DNA of 62,961 nt, the filler included, from Calcarisporiella thermophila CBS 279.70 (Eukaryota; Fungi; Calcarisporiellomycota): NCBI RefSeq assembly GCF_041956535.1. It is 5 parts of 5 records of this genome, joined end to end, with 100 filler letters (N's around TTAATTAATTAA, not from the genome) between each part and the next. Parts side by side here need not be neighbours in the genome. Positions count along the whole stretch, not along the records: positions 1 to 25,082 come from NW_027192195.1; 4 more parts are not named here. One strand, written 5' to 3'. The translations under genes and the position numbers were made by a program. Positions 9,481-22,918 of this stretch are shown here, in pieces. The stretch's first letter is position 1, and every line of letters starts with the position of its first letter. The notes beneath the pieces were generated by a model. That model searched no databases, was not told the DNA's origin, and saw nothing but the letters and a program-made list of their open reading frames with translations.

Positions 9481-9904
9481 CCGGTAACGATGCTGATGCA
9501 ACTCCACAATAAACTCCCTAAACGCTTGTTATCTTGGAAAATAATCCATCTTTAACTAAACTATTAGTTATTACAAGCTGTCTACATATGTGTCTTCTTA
9601 ATAATACGTTAACTTGTTTGGTCTATCTCAATGAAGCAAATCTCGGATTCAGTCAACTTAAAGATAATCTCATTATGTAATAATATAACATGGCTCTTAA
9701 GATAGACAGATGACCTTAATAAAAAATAGAGATCGTTGAGGGACAAAAGGAAATAGTATGAAATTTTTAAATAAGAACAAAAATTCAAAAAGAATATGAA
9801 ATCTCTGATCAGATATTAAATATATCTTCCCATAAATATTACACCAGAAAATAACAAAATAACAGCTAAGCCAGAACAAGTTAATAATGACATTATATCA
9901 TATC

Positions 9905-10890
9905 ATGTGAAAAGAAGAAAACGAGCCGTCCTATTACAAATAAGGGATTATCCAGCAGAGAGACCTCGCGCCAGTTTGGGGTGAGTTACTATATCGTCAA
10001 CAAATATCGTAGATTATGCACTTCAGAATCTTCTTAACCAGTCTCTGGTTGTCCACGTGTTCTCACTGAGAGTCAAGAGGAAGTCCTCGTACGAATTTTC
10101 AAGGCTGGAATATATGAGAATACACTAGACGCAAAGAAACATCTTGAAGAAGATTAAAATGCCAATTTGTCAGTGACCTCTGTAAGGAACGCATTGAAGT
10201 GAAACCAAATAAGCTCGAGATCTTGTGGAAAAAAGTCGTTTTTGGAAGCTAGCCATAGGAAAGCCCGACTATCCTTTGCACGTAAATATCGAAATTGGAG
10301 TTTATATAACTGGAAGCGTGTCATATGGTCAGATGAAAGCATATAGAGTGTTCAGTACAGGTAGGAGAAGATATTATTGGAAGGCTACAGGCGATACTAT
10401 ACGCGAGCATCATTTCAAAAATACAGTCAAGCACGGTAATGGTTCGGTTACCGTGTGGCCATGCATCACTTAGAAATTGGGTTTATGTGCCGAATCGAGA
10501 AGGGACTAGATGCACAACTTTACCAGAATATTTTAGGAGATGAATTAATGAGAACGCTAGATTGGTATGACCTCGACAAGAATCAAATTATTTTCCAGCA
10601 TGATAATGATCCTAAGCATACCACGCGTAGTACAGTGGAATGGCTAGCAAACCACGATATTAATGTACTAGGACGGCCAGCTCAGTCTCCTGAATGAGTT
10701 CATGTGGGATGAATTGGACAGAAGAATCGAAAATCGTGAGCAACAGCCGACTAATGCCCAGTCACTTTGGGATATACTACAGAAAGAGTGTGAGAAGATA
10801 GAACCAGAGTTGTGCGCTAAAGTTATAGGCACATTGCTATGGTGTCTAGAGGCGGTGATAAAAGCAAAGGGTGCTCATACAAGATCTTGC
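9905..10890 (+). mobile_element. Tc1/mariner (DD34E-type) transposase pseudogene
   Basis: Frameshifted fragments WKRVIWSDES, TVKHGNGSVTVWPC, IFQHDNDPKHT, PAQSP, KAKGAHT. Confidence 0.9.
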
Positions 10891-10901
10891 AATTTTTTTT
10901 T

Positions 10902-11102
10902 TTAAATATCAAGACAAAATGGCCTCTTATAGGGTTGTCGGAGTTTTAAAATTTTGGAAAGATGGATGACTCCTGCTTTCGAAACGGGATAGGCATAATG
11001 GCTTATGCCAAATACTAGGTTGCTATTTGGAATGATACCTGATATGCTGCTGACGTTGATTATCTTTGCGTGATTTACTTGGGTTCCTTTTAATAGTGGC
11101 AA
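10902..11102 (-). pseudogene. Short-chain dehydrogenase/reductase fragment
   Basis: KIINVSSISG and YPVSKAG (YxxxK) motifs. No N-terminal Rossmann motif is visible. Confidence 0.7.
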
Positions 11103-11366
11103 AAATATTCAAGTCAAATCAAATTTGGAAATTCAGCCTCGTCCAAAATTCCTCATTTCAAATGAAAGGCTCATAGAATTTTCTTCAGCCCAGAAACCAT
11201 CAGAGTAATGACGCGTCTTCACTAAATTATGGTAATGACTGTGCAAGAATTATTCTATATTGTCTCTTTATTAATGGTATAAGAATGAAACTTGATATTA
11301 ATCCAGATTTAAGAGAAGTATTTAAAATAAAAGAAATTAGTTATATTCAAACCTTGTGGTGAATCG

Positions 11367-13108
11367 ATGGGTCAACTGCTGTTGAGTACACTAGTAGTAA
11401 CCTTGTGGGTACACTCTATCAATACATCCCCCGTCCTCAAATGTCGCTGCCTGCCCAAAGATCCATGTTGGCCAGATACTACAGCGTGGGATCGGTTTAA
11501 TACAACTCTCGGGGGACGTCTACTCGCCACTTTTCCGCCTGCGTACCCTTGCCATGACCCTCATTATGACGAAGCCGCATGTAATGTGGTCAAAAAACAA
11601 TGGAATAATCCTTTATGGCGAATTGACCAGGCTGGTGCGATGCAATATGAGACCTGGGAGGTAGATAATAATGCAAACTGCTCGTCGAACACAAATCGCA
11701 CTTCTCCATGCCATCAAGGCTCCATCCCAGAGTATTCTGTAGATGTCTCGGACCGTGCGGATATACAACACGCCGTGAGGTTTGCTGCCAACAACCGACT
11801 ACGTCTTACCGTCAAAAATACCGGGCACGACTTTCTTGGGCGAAGCACGGCACCAGGTTCACTAAGTATTTGGACTCATCATCTCAAAAATATCACCTTT
11901 CATGAGTCCTTCGACGCTAGCGGCTGCACCAAGGGAGTATCTGCAGTTACGTTAGGAGCCGGCGTTGAATGGGGCGAAGCATACGAAGCAGTGAGCAAGC
12001 ACAACATGGAAATAGTGGGGGGGCAATCTTTTACGGTTGGTGCAGCAGGTGGATATGCTCAGGGTGGAGGTCACAGTCCGCTTGGTCCTAAGTATGGTAT
12101 GAGACCGGACAACGTCCTTCAGATGGAGGTTGTGACGGCGGACGGAGAGCTGCGAATCGCCAATGCTTGCCAGAATAAGGACCTTTTCTGGGCCTTGTGT
12201 GGAGGAGGAGGAGGTACGTTTGGTGTTGTGACGAGTGTAACCTATCGAACGTATCCTTCAAATCGTTATTCGGGCGCCATTTACAACGTCCAAATCGGCA
12301 ACGCATCATACCAAGACCTTCTGCGCGATATTCTACTTTTGCAACCTGCTCTCTCTGATGCAGGCTGGTCTGGCAACTTGGCAATCTCGACAAATCCATT
12401 TTTATTTTCTACCTGACCAGCTCCTCAGCCGCCAACGCTTCTTTCCAGCAACACATTGCCTCGCTTGTACAAAAACATCCTGGAGCCCTCTTCACGGGCA
12501 AGTTGCAAGATTTCCCCACCTACCTCGATTGGCTGCGCTCTGCTATTTGGCTTCAAAGCCCGGATCCCGCTGGCAATTGCACCATCGTAGGGGGTGATAA
12601 TATTCTTATGGGATCTCGTCTAATTCCACGCAGCAATCTCGAGAGTAAATCTTCCGCGACTGAGCTTGCCCGTGTCCTCCTTCAAACCATGGCAACGCTT
12701 CCACCCAACAGCCCGCTTGGGTTAGGACTCCTTGGTGGAGGTGAAGTAGCGCGTAATGGTGGAATCAATGCCGTCAATCCCGCATGGCGTAAATCCCTCT
12801 TGCATACCCTCTACATGATATCCTGGCCCGAAAACTCTTCCAATCAAAAGCAAAACGAGGTAGCCTCTGACATCACCAGAGTTATACAGCCACTTCGTGA
12901 TCTCATCCCTGACTCGGGCTGCTATGCCAATGAGGCCGATCCAAATGAACCCAATTGGCAGCAGGCCTTCTACGGTGACAATTACTCGCGCCTCAAAACT
13001 ATTAAGAATCAAGTGGATCCGACCGGCCTGTTTGTGTGTCGCAAATGCGTGGGCAGTGAAGACTGGTCCGAAGACTTAAACTGTCCTAGATACTCAATAT
13101 CGCAATAG
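11367..13108 (+). pseudogene. Secreted FAD-linked oxidase (berberine-bridge-enzyme-like), split by one frameshift near 12390-12415
   Basis: Signal peptide, CRCLPKDPCWP, KNTGHDFLGRS (covalent FAD His), GGGHSPLG, GGGGGTFGVVT and C-terminal GCYANEAD/FYGDNYSRL/VDPTGLF. The second frame continues FYLTSSSAANASF...QDFPTY with no evident intron. Confidence 0.85.
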
Positions 13109-14144
13109 AAAAAGGTGGACACATCGAGGTGTAAGTGTAATTTGCGAAGAGCAATTTAACGGATCATTCTAACTCGAAGCTGTAATTCTATTCGGTTGGA
13201 CGAAGCTTGTCTTAGGAGATAATAGATGATACAACCTTTACCGTCATCCTACACTTGCCCTAGAACGATACTAAGCCTAATGATATCAGCAACTAAGACA
13301 TCATAATACGGGGACTGGTAGAGATCCGAGGTTAGGGGAGATAAAAAAAGAGAAATCGGGGCGAATTTCCGAGTTGGTTCTCTAGACAAGATTAAGCGAA
13401 AAAGGGGGGAAATCTGTCTATTAATTGAATAGGAGGAATATGTTCTGGTTACACAAGCACGGAATGCCCACAAACGATGCAGCGTGGAATTCAAGCTTGC
13501 GACAAGGCACTTCTTTCCACTTACGCAGCAGCCTTCATACTGGATGATCAGAGTGGAGATTCACCGCACGACCTCCGCATTCCCTGAGTGATACCCCAAT
13601 ACTGAGCTACCAGATCTTAATGAGGCTTCCTTCCATAAGGTGCTTGTCGTCCCGCTACAGCCAACCACGCCGCCCCTGCGAAGAAATTTCTACCCAAGCT
13701 CACTGGACCTTCCACTTTTACCATACGCTCCAAGTTTTTGCAGTACACTTTTTTCGAATGTGATCGCAGGTTAACTAGCCTTATATCATAATTGTGCACG
13801 ATTCTGACTCGCGTTGATTTCGACAATTTTCTAAATACATGATAAAAAAATTTCCAGATGCTAGAATTGTATACGGCTTATTATACAAACTTTGCAATAA
13901 TAGCGACTTTTAAGCAATCATAAACGTAGATATCACTTTCCCGTATAAATTCATTTCTGAGGCTTATTTTAACATGTTCCTTACTCATACAGTAGAAATT
14001 TTAAAAATTGGAACACAAATTTAAGTTGATTTATGTTTTTATAAATGCGAAATCTAGACATACAATATGCTCTATGGTACAAAATGGGCCGGAATAAAGA
14101 GAAGCAACTCGATTAAAATCCATGAATTAAAAACTGTCAATCGT

Positions 14145-14685
14145 ATTTGACAGTATATTCAGTAGTATTTTCGAGCTTGATTAACAGAGCAGCCATTTCA
14201 GACAGCTCATCCTTTTCTTTTCAAGCAAGTGTCGCTAATGCGCTGTGGATATCCTTAAATTGATTCAGTCTGGTTATGAATAAGAGGAGTTGCGAGAGAG
14301 AAACACTGCCGCCAAACTGAACCGCTTCATGGTCGGGTCGACTAAATTTAAGTGGAAAATGAATGTCTTCGGGCTCTAAGGAATTGTTGTTTCCCGAGGT
14401 AGAGCGATAAGCTTTCACTGCTTTTGAAAATCAAAATCGTAACAGGAAAGAACAATCGCAGAATTCGTCGACACGACCTTGAAACGAATCAATTTGCTCA
14501 GAGTGTTGCTCATTTAGAAGGCAGCGTTTCTCTCGCAACTCTTCTTATTCGTAGCCAGATTGAATCCATTCAAGCTAAGGATATCCACAATGCTTTAGCG
14601 ACAATTACTAAAAAGTAAAGGGTAAACTATCCGAAATTGCTGTTTTGTTAACCAAGCTTGAGAATACTACAGAACAAACTGTCAA
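14145..14685. repeat. Imperfect inverted duplication (14145-14330 vs 14520-14685)
   Basis: Both arms translate to related peptides (SVSLSQLLL..KDIHSALATL / SVSLATLL..KDIHNALATI) on opposite strands. Confidence 0.75.
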
Positions 14686-15300
14686 ACCCGCGTTGGAGAA
14701 TGGCACGCTGCAAAATATATTTTGGACGCTTAGCTCTCTTATTAATCTTGTGGACAGAGGCCCTGAGCTCGTAAATGCTGATAGTACCTACAATAAGTTC
14801 AGCCTTCCATGCTTGGTTATTGTCGATGTGTGCAAAAATCTCAAAGCGTTTATGAAGGGGATTGCGCTCCTAAAAACCGCGAATATACACATGCATTTCT
14901 TGGGCGTCCCAATAGCTTGTAGCTTATTTGAAAATGAATAGACTGCGAGTATACGAACGTTGATTAGCGATAAGATCCTCAGCTCATGAGAGACATTCGT
15001 AATATTATCCCACTAGCTCTGCAACCGGTTTGTTTTGGGCATATACCGTTGGGTAATCAAATAAATCTACACCAAAAAAAACGAGCACTACAAAGATTTT
15101 GGGGGTTAGCCAAGCTGTTATATTAACAGACACTAGATAAATTCGACAAAGGATACAAGGAAATTATTAAAGCATACCTCAATACTACAGCGGACTATCT
15201 TTAGAAAGGTATAATCATTGTGGGATGAGGGCAATCGGATTTGTCGCAAAACATACTAATATTGACGGATGTCGAACTCAGCGCATAGAAGCAACATGTG
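14424..15300 (+). mobile_element. Mutator/MULE (FAR1-like) transposase pseudogene
   Basis: LQNIFW...ELVNADSTYNKFSLPCLVIV...GIALL resembles the MULE DxTY-N-P catalytic region. Stops are present. Confidence 0.7.
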
Positions 15301-15388
15301 GTTCTCAAGCGATCCGCTAGCATTTAGGCCAGCCATAACAAACTCTTCAACACTCTCGATACATTTTTCAATAAACAAGAGAAAAAGC

Positions 15389-15792
15389 GATTGTTATGTT
15401 TATATCAAACCAGAAATTCACGTAAGCTTTATTCCTTGCAATTCCATCCAATTGGAGGCTTAGAAGGCAAAATCTCTGTTGTGACGGGGGTTTTTAGTTG
15501 GAGAGAAAGATTTAACTCCTTCTTAATTTATTACAATCTCAAATGTACGTATATAATATATACGTACATTGGATATATTATATCCAATAAATGATGACGT
15601 AGCTACGTAGACAGAGATTAAGAAGATCTGAAAGTAACATATGTAACATCTGTGATTGGGTTTTAAGTTGGAGAGAGAGATTTAACTCCGTATGATTTAT
15701 TACAATATCAAATGTACGAATATATATCAAACACATGATAACATAGTTACGTAGACTCAGATTAAGAAGATCTGATAATAACATATGTGTCA
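15389..15792. repeat. Repeat with internal tandem subunits; direct copy at 18585-18812
   Basis: GATTGTTATGTTTATATCAAACCAGAAATTCACGTAA...GGAGGCTTAGAAGGCAAAATCTCTG is shared. The subunit TTGGAGAGA.AGATTTA.CTCC...AAGAAGATCTGA occurs at ~15498, ~15668 and ~18689. Confidence 0.85.
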
Positions 15793-16522
15793 CTCTGAAG
15801 TATGGATGGAAAACATATATAACGAAATCGTCGAAAAGAAGATTTCGTTCTTGTCGGAAAAGATAGGTTGTGTTTGCTCAGCTGCAAATTATAGGTATCA
15901 TAGCATATTAACAAGCAGGAGAAAATTGCCAGCAACCTCTTTTTTTTAATATGAGAAATATTATCCAATTTCGCAGAGTAATCTTCATCTGTATGCGGCT
16001 GCAGCTGAGCAAAGCTCAATCTTACTCCGTCTGCCTGCCCACCTCTTCTTTTTCGTAAGCAACAAGGTGAGGATAAAATCTGTGATTCAGATGCCACAGC
16101 ATTTTATCATACCAAAATATAGATCCATCACGACGGAAAGCACTGAATCGTCAGTTTGATAAAACAATTTTCCTAAAGTTATGGGGTTTTGAGAAATAGC
16201 TGAAGTAGATTTCCAAAATGCGTGGACGACGCAAGGTTGTTTATCATGGTTGCCCATGATTTTTCGACTGTTCAAAAAATTGCTCACAATCTCCCTGTTG
16301 AAAAACTAAATTAGAACTTATTTATTTATTACTCGTTCTGAGCTGGCGACGAATACAGCTGGGCAATTTCTCTTGGGCCGATTGCAAGCATTGCTCCCAC
16401 ATTATTTCAGTGAAATCAGAAGCGCAGACATTTTAACCGTGCTAGATAGTTGCAATTTAATATACAAAATAAATAATTTATTTTGATTCGAAAAATAATC
16501 AAGAGTATTATAAAATAACTTG

Positions 16523-17224
16523 TTATTTCGGGGTATTAGCGAATGGATCCCATGTGGGATCTTTATGAGGCACATACTCCATGAAATCACTGACCAATTT
16601 CGCCGTCGTCTCGTTATATATCTTTCCAATGAGGTAGTTGGTCAGATCCATGCCCGCCTGAACTCCTGAGCTAGTGAGGATGTTTCCATCCTCCACCCAG
16701 CGCGCACTGCGGACCCACTTAACATTAGGCCGTTGTTGCGAGACCCAATCAAACGCCCTTTTGTTAGAGGTCGCCATTTTGCCGTCCAATAGACCTGTCT
16801 TTGCAACTAATGCCGAGCCCGTACACACGGTCATTAAGTATTCCAACTTGGGGTATGTTTGCTTGATGAAATCGAGGAGCACAGTGTCGTTGATCGATGA
16901 CCATGTGCCGATTCCTCCAGGAACCATGAGGATATCAAGGTTGGGGGCGCTGTTGAACGAGTGGGTTGCAAAAACACTCTGTCCAATCACTGACGGAAAG
17001 TTAGGCGGGACTGCACTTACAGGTCCAACCTCGTGGGAGATAACTGAAACGCTCAGGTTGGTAGGATTGACGGCCGAGAGCAAGTTCCAATATTCCAGCG
17101 GACCAAAGACATCGAGAACCTCGAATCCAGGGTAGACAATCACACCGACGGAACGGGAGTGGACGCCAGTTGATAGCACAGCGACTAGCGCCAAAGTCAG
17201 CAGGAAATTCCGGAGACACTTCAT
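16523..17224 (-). CDS. DJ-1/PfpI (ThiJ) family protein with N-terminal signal peptide
   Basis: YPGFEVLDVFGP, DILMVPGG, VCTGS nucleophile elbow, ARWVEDGNILTSSGV. Intronless, with a hydrophobic leader. Confidence 0.92.
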   Translation of the reverse strand: MKCLRNFLLTLALVAVLSTGVHSRSVGVIVYPGFEVLDVFGPLEYWNLLSAVNPTNLSVSVISHEVGPVSAVPPNFPSVIGQSVFATHSFNSAPNLDILMVPGGIGTWSSINDTVLLDFIKQTYPKLEYLMTVCTGSALVAKTGLLDGKMATSNKRAFDWVSQQRPNVKWVRSARWVEDGNILTSSGVQAGMDLTNYLIGKIYNETTAKLVSDFMEYVPHKDPTWDPFANTPK

Positions 17225-18584
17225 ATACTGGGTATTACTTCTGAATCCTGATTAGGAGTGCAACTTTAGCGAAAGTTATAGACTATAATAAGAAATACTA
17301 TATTTTCCCAAAAGATGAGAGTAATAATCGAGAAATCAATATAAAATAGAAATAGCTCAGTATTTATACAACCTGGATTTTTACTTGAATGACCGAGTAA
17401 ATTGATTTCTGAGTAGCTATTTTCTCCATCGCTAAAAGAATTTATTTCTGGAATTTTTTGTGCTTCATAGTCAGCCTCATCGTAGGTTGTGAGAAGAGAT
17501 GAACCCTAGTGAATTCCTGAGATAGTGGCTGTGGCTGTGCTTCAAGACAATTGAGAGATCTGTGGACTAGGATGCGTTTACATAACCTAGATGAAGTTTT
17601 AATCGGAAGACGGCGAAATAGGAAAAATATGCAGCTCTCTTATTTCATTGGACCTGCAAGTTTTGAACGAAGAGCCTATTGCGGTTACAGCTGAAGCCCA
17701 GCGACTCAGCCAAGATGAGTAAGTCCTGTTCTATTAGGCATTTGCTTATTATCATATCATCTGATGTAAATGTTGTCGAAAAGAAACAGATATCGAATGG
17801 GGTTAACTCAATGCAGTGAAACCAAGCTTACTCCTAATAATAGAAAATTGAATCGGAATCTGAGGGCAGTCATAACTAGTAAACCTCCAGGCCTTATAAT
17901 CCCTTCCGGTTGTCCACGAAATTTGGAAACAAGTCATCAAGGGCTCCTTTATTTGGAGGGATTGTTGCTGCTATCATCAGGATGATTATATATGTAGAAA
18001 AACGTCTATTTTTAATTCATGATCCGGGCAAATATCCAAAGTCATACAGAGAAATCGTAAAATGTTAAAAATATCGTTCAAAAAGTTGCACCCTCAAAAA
18101 AATAATGAGCAGAGCAATCTTTTAGGGTGCTTAAATAATGATGGGCTACGTCTTACACTCTGAATTTTTTTTCTCTGCTTAACTGCCTCATTTAGTTAGA
18201 ACATATAGTGTTGTTGCAAATAAAGTTCCGCCTATCTTCAGATACTTTCGCGATAAACATCGTCATCACTCTATTCTGCCTTGTATTTCTGGAAAGCTCA
18301 GCTAGTTTCGAAGAGTTAAACAACCTTCACCGCTACCACGAATGTAGGATGAAAGGGTTGGCCTTGAAAGATATTGAATTGTTGTTCATCAGGCGCTTAA
18401 TATAGGTTTTTTTCTGAGATAAAAGCGATTTCAGGAGATCTGTTCTGTCTCCTCTGAAATAGCGAAATCAATCTCTCCTTGAGAACCAGTAACCGCTTTG
18501 GTGAGTAAAAACATTTCAATTTCTCAATTGACCAAAAATCTCTTCAACCACCACTTATTCTCTTATTGATGATTGAGATAATGG

Positions 18585-18812
18585 GATTGTTATGTTTATA
18601 TCAAACCAGAAATTCACGTAAACTTTATTCCTTGAAATTCCATCCAATTGGAGGCTTAGAAGGCAAAATCTCTGTGATTGGGTTTTAGTTGGAGAGAAAG
18701 ATTTAGCTCCGTATGATTTATTACAATCTCGAATGTGCGTATATATATCAATTAAATGATGACGTAGCTAGATAGACAGAGAATAAGAAGATCTGAAAGT
18801 TACACATGTGAC
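18585..18812. repeat. Second copy of the 15389 repeat
   Basis: Near-identical to 15389-15650. Confidence 0.85.
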
Positions 18813-19308
18813 AAAAGCGTAAATGCTCATAAGCCACACATTGCATGCCGATTAAAGAGCTTTGGTATTCTGTTTATTAAAATTGTTAATGTCTTTCTAT
18901 GTTATTTCATCGACTCCTCTTCCGAATAATATTCAACTTGTATGTATATTCTAGGAATATTTCAGATACTCTCTAGCCAAATTATACGGAAAAGCAATGA
19001 ACAATAGATCCTTATGCACAGGAGATTTGCGCAAAGATTCGAATTTTATTTCGATACTTTGGTGTTGGTGAAAACTTGAATATATTATATTATGGGTTAT
19101 GTATATACTTAGGGGATAATTTGGAATCAATGCATTCATAACGACCTATATATACCCGAAACTACATGTATATTGGCAATATATATGAGGTAAGTTTAGA
19201 ACCAAGCCATAGAGAGTTTACATTTATTTAATATCATCCTATATTTCACCCTCTAATCATTTGTGAAATTGAAACAGGAAGTAAACCAGATTAAAGTATT
19301 CGTTCAAT

Positions 19309-20638
19309 TTAAAGAGATAAATCGATAACAGCTCGGAAACGTAGCTTATTCGCCATCATTTCATCAAATGCAGTTTGAGCCTGATCAAGTGAATATTTCT
19401 TTATCATCGGCTTGCATCCAGTTAATTTGGAGAATTTAGCACATTCTTCGGAATCCTATTTACAGTGAATATTCATGCATCAAAGGTTAGCCTTTTATAG
19501 TCAAGATTGCTATTAAAACATCCCTGGTTATTAATACCTTTGCAACACCTGAATACCATCCCAGGACTTTTGCCCGTTTTTTAATAAGCATTGCTGCCTC
19601 AATGTTCAATGGTTCCAATGGTACGGCCGCTACGAGAAGTGTGCCATTTGTCGCGAGGCATTTTACTAGGGGCGAAATTGAATCAGCATGTGGAGCTGTA
19701 GCGATAACTAGGTTTGCGCCACCAAGCTTGTTAATTTCAGCAATCGCATCAACTTGCGATTGATTAATGTATGTATGAGCGCCAAGCTTCGTAGCGAGCT
19801 CTCGCTTTGAATCGCTGGTGGATAATACGACAGTAATGAAACCCATTTGACGTGCGTACTGAATGGCTAGATGTCCTAATCCTCCAACGCCTTGAATTGC
19901 ACATACATCCCCAGGTCGAAGTCCGGCATTACGCATGCCATTATAAACAGTGACACCGGCACAGAGCAAGGGCGCAATTTCAACTGGATCCATATCTTCA
20001 GGGCAGACAGCTACGGCTATAAAAATGCATTAATAGAATAAAATTGAGACTAGTGTCATATACGATAGACAAACGGTGAAATCCTAATTCTTACCATCCT
20101 CTCTCGCAATCATGTACTCTGCATAGCCACCATCAAAGGTTAATCCAGTTACAAATTCTTTTTCACACGCGAAATACTGGCCCGCACGACACATATCACA
20201 GGTGAAACAGTTACCACCTACCAGGTAAATGAACTTCAATTAAAATCTCTAAAGAATACGACAATCCCCACAGAGCCCAATAGATTAAGTTCTGTATCTC
20301 GCAACTATTTATTCCTTGTCCCCACTCCCACCCCCCTTTTCTTTTGTCTTCACCAGAGTTAAAAATTACATACCATGCCAGCCGACTCCAACCAAGGTTC
20401 CTTCACGCAACCTATCTGCTACTCGTGGACCACGTTTCGCGATACGTCCGCATACCTCATGGCCAGGTATTCTTGGATAAGATTTTGCCATTCCGGCTAA
20501 AACGGCCACATCGGAATGACACACCCCACATGCTAAGACTTTTATGAGAACTTCATGTTCACCAGGAGTAGGAATTGGACGTTTGGCGACTTGAAAAGGT
20601 TGATTCGGACCAGGAACTTCAACAACTTTCATAGACAT
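19309..20638 (-). CDS. Zinc-dependent alcohol dehydrogenase (MDR family), 4 exons
   Basis: CGVCHSD, GHEVCG, structural-zinc exon (GNCFTCDMCRAGQYFAC), PLLCAGVT, GVGGLG. GT-AG introns at ~20218-20373, ~20017-20094 and ~19456-19537. Confidence 0.93.
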
Positions 20639-22918
20639 CCTAATAATTGTAACGCAACAGAAATGAATGAAAGTGACGAGAGAACCTTGCCAGAAAATCT
20701 CTTTATATAACAATTTAATCAGTAAGTCACATAGGTTATCAGTTCACTAGTTTATTCCCATAATGCGCCAAGGTATTGCGCCTCTTGAGAGGCCGAAATT
20801 TGGATAAAATTTCTCACAAGAACTCGCATTGGCAAATCAAACTGTGCACTTTCTACATGTTTTCCGAATTAAGTATATTGGATTTTAAATTTTATACTGT
20901 GTGGTCTAAAACCCCGGTAGTAAAAATGGATGATGTAATCCGGATATGGAAAAATCCAAAAATGAAATTTACCATGTAAAAAGGCTGCATGTAAATTGAT
21001 ATTGCATATTTTACGTATCAAGCTTCCATCCTTCATTTTTCTCCTATATCACGTATGGTACACTGTCCATTACATATTATCTGTTAAGCCTCAAGTCCTT
21101 GTATTTAATTTATCCAACGTTATACTTCAGGTTTAGATTTAATTATTAACCTAATAGTTTTCCTCATTATTGAAAGTGAAAATGTTGAATTTAATATAAT
21201 ACGTTCAACATTTGAAGTAGAGTGATTATTTAACAAAAGCGTTGCAACATAATGCAGTTGTCAATTAAATAGTGTACATCATTTGGGATGTAAATTAAGG
21301 AGTTTACCATAGCCGGCAATGTTCAGCAAGCTTCTTAAAATTAGTATATATTATCGTATTAAGATATCCCGCTGACCTACATACAAAGTATCCAATAGCT
21401 ACATTTAAAAATCTGATTGAATTGAACTGGTTTCCAATATAGGTTCATTTAGTGAAAACTTCAGCTCAGCAACTAAATGTATTGAAAGGCTATCTATGAT
21501 ATAGTGGATTTTTAAATAGCAATTGGGCAAAAATTCAGATATCATTGAGAAACAAACGCTGTGTTACCTAATGAGCTTGAAAAGCTAGATGTTTGAAGCA
21601 CAATTTTTTATTGATGCCATTCAGGTATAATTTCTTTTGTAAAAATACCCATGATGAAATTGAATTTCCACTCACCACCCCATCCTAAACCAAGTACTAA
21701 TTCGTGGAACACCTCGAATATGAAAGGAAAATAAGCAATAGTTCGAATACTAATTTCATGTGAGGAAATTCTCACTTATCGTCGAGACCAAACTTAAGGC
21801 CTTCAGCTATTTTTTCTACAAAGAAAAATTTAAGCTCCGAAAGAGCCCGCAAGAGAAGCTATGACACGATTTCTAATAGGGCATTGGCTTAACTTTAAAC
21901 ATGGTTTGAATAGCAAACCTTGTATTAGTAACATTTAGTTGGTCTCTGTAAATCAACTTGGTGTTACTATTGCAATTCTCCCATCTAAGCAAGTTTTCCA
22001 TCGTGAAAATATATGTAAGTCTAAAAATTAGCCAAAATTTTATTTCTAGTTTGCCTGGTAAAAGAGATCCCGCTTAGCAAAACTTATTTCAGTATGAAAG
22101 GCTTAATTGAAAGTGAAGAGAAGTACATATCCTACACCTTTATTTTAATCAGAATCTTTAGAATTATCAAATTGCTGTTCTTTATTTTGAGTAGTATACT
22201 CTGGTTAATTATATTTTATCTAATTATATATGATAAAATTGCTTGCCAAAATATAAAAAATAATCTGATTCAATGTTACATAGGCTATTATAAATAATAG
22301 GAGAGCTATCTCACAATCTTCTGATAATGCTATCTCTGATTTTAACGCGCTGTATTATCAAATCATCTATTAAATGAGCCCTTACAAAAAATTTGTTTTT
22401 TTTTTCAAACATTTCAATTATATCGACTCTGTTACTGATTTAATACTTATCCGAACAACTTAATACTATCTCAAAGTGCCTCCTTGTAAATAATTAGGAT
22501 ATAATAATAAGCGAGTTGGGGGAGAATAAATGAAGGTTTTCTCTATTAATAAAACTTTCGGACATGGATGCTGATTATACTAATACAATCTAGCCCCTTT
22601 CGTCTATGATGATGAAAGCTCAGAATTGTCTAAATGGATCGAATGAATGATATCATACAGGAGGTATGATGTCACCAGAGAACACAATGAGGTAGCACGA
22701 AATAAAGTTGTCTAAATATACAAATATAAAATAATAAGTGTGATTACAATATAATATAATAGAGCCAATAATTTTGTTAATTATTTTTTTTGCGATGTAA
22801 TTATGTGGCTTTTAATATTTATATAAGAATGTGGCAAGATATTAAAACAATCAATTTGCAATTCTTTTAGGCTTGAAGAAATGATCTTAATTTCTTTTCT
22901 TTTCTTTTCTCAATTTTA

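Noticed and set aside
13249-13826. Possible LINE ORF2 C-terminal relic on the minus strand
   Set aside because: Only a vague LHRLW..R similarity with many stops; cannot be supported.
16674-17135. Long antisense ORFs over DJ-1, the BBE oxidase, DIRS and the 690-aa ORF
   Set aside because: Shadow frames of real coding sequences.
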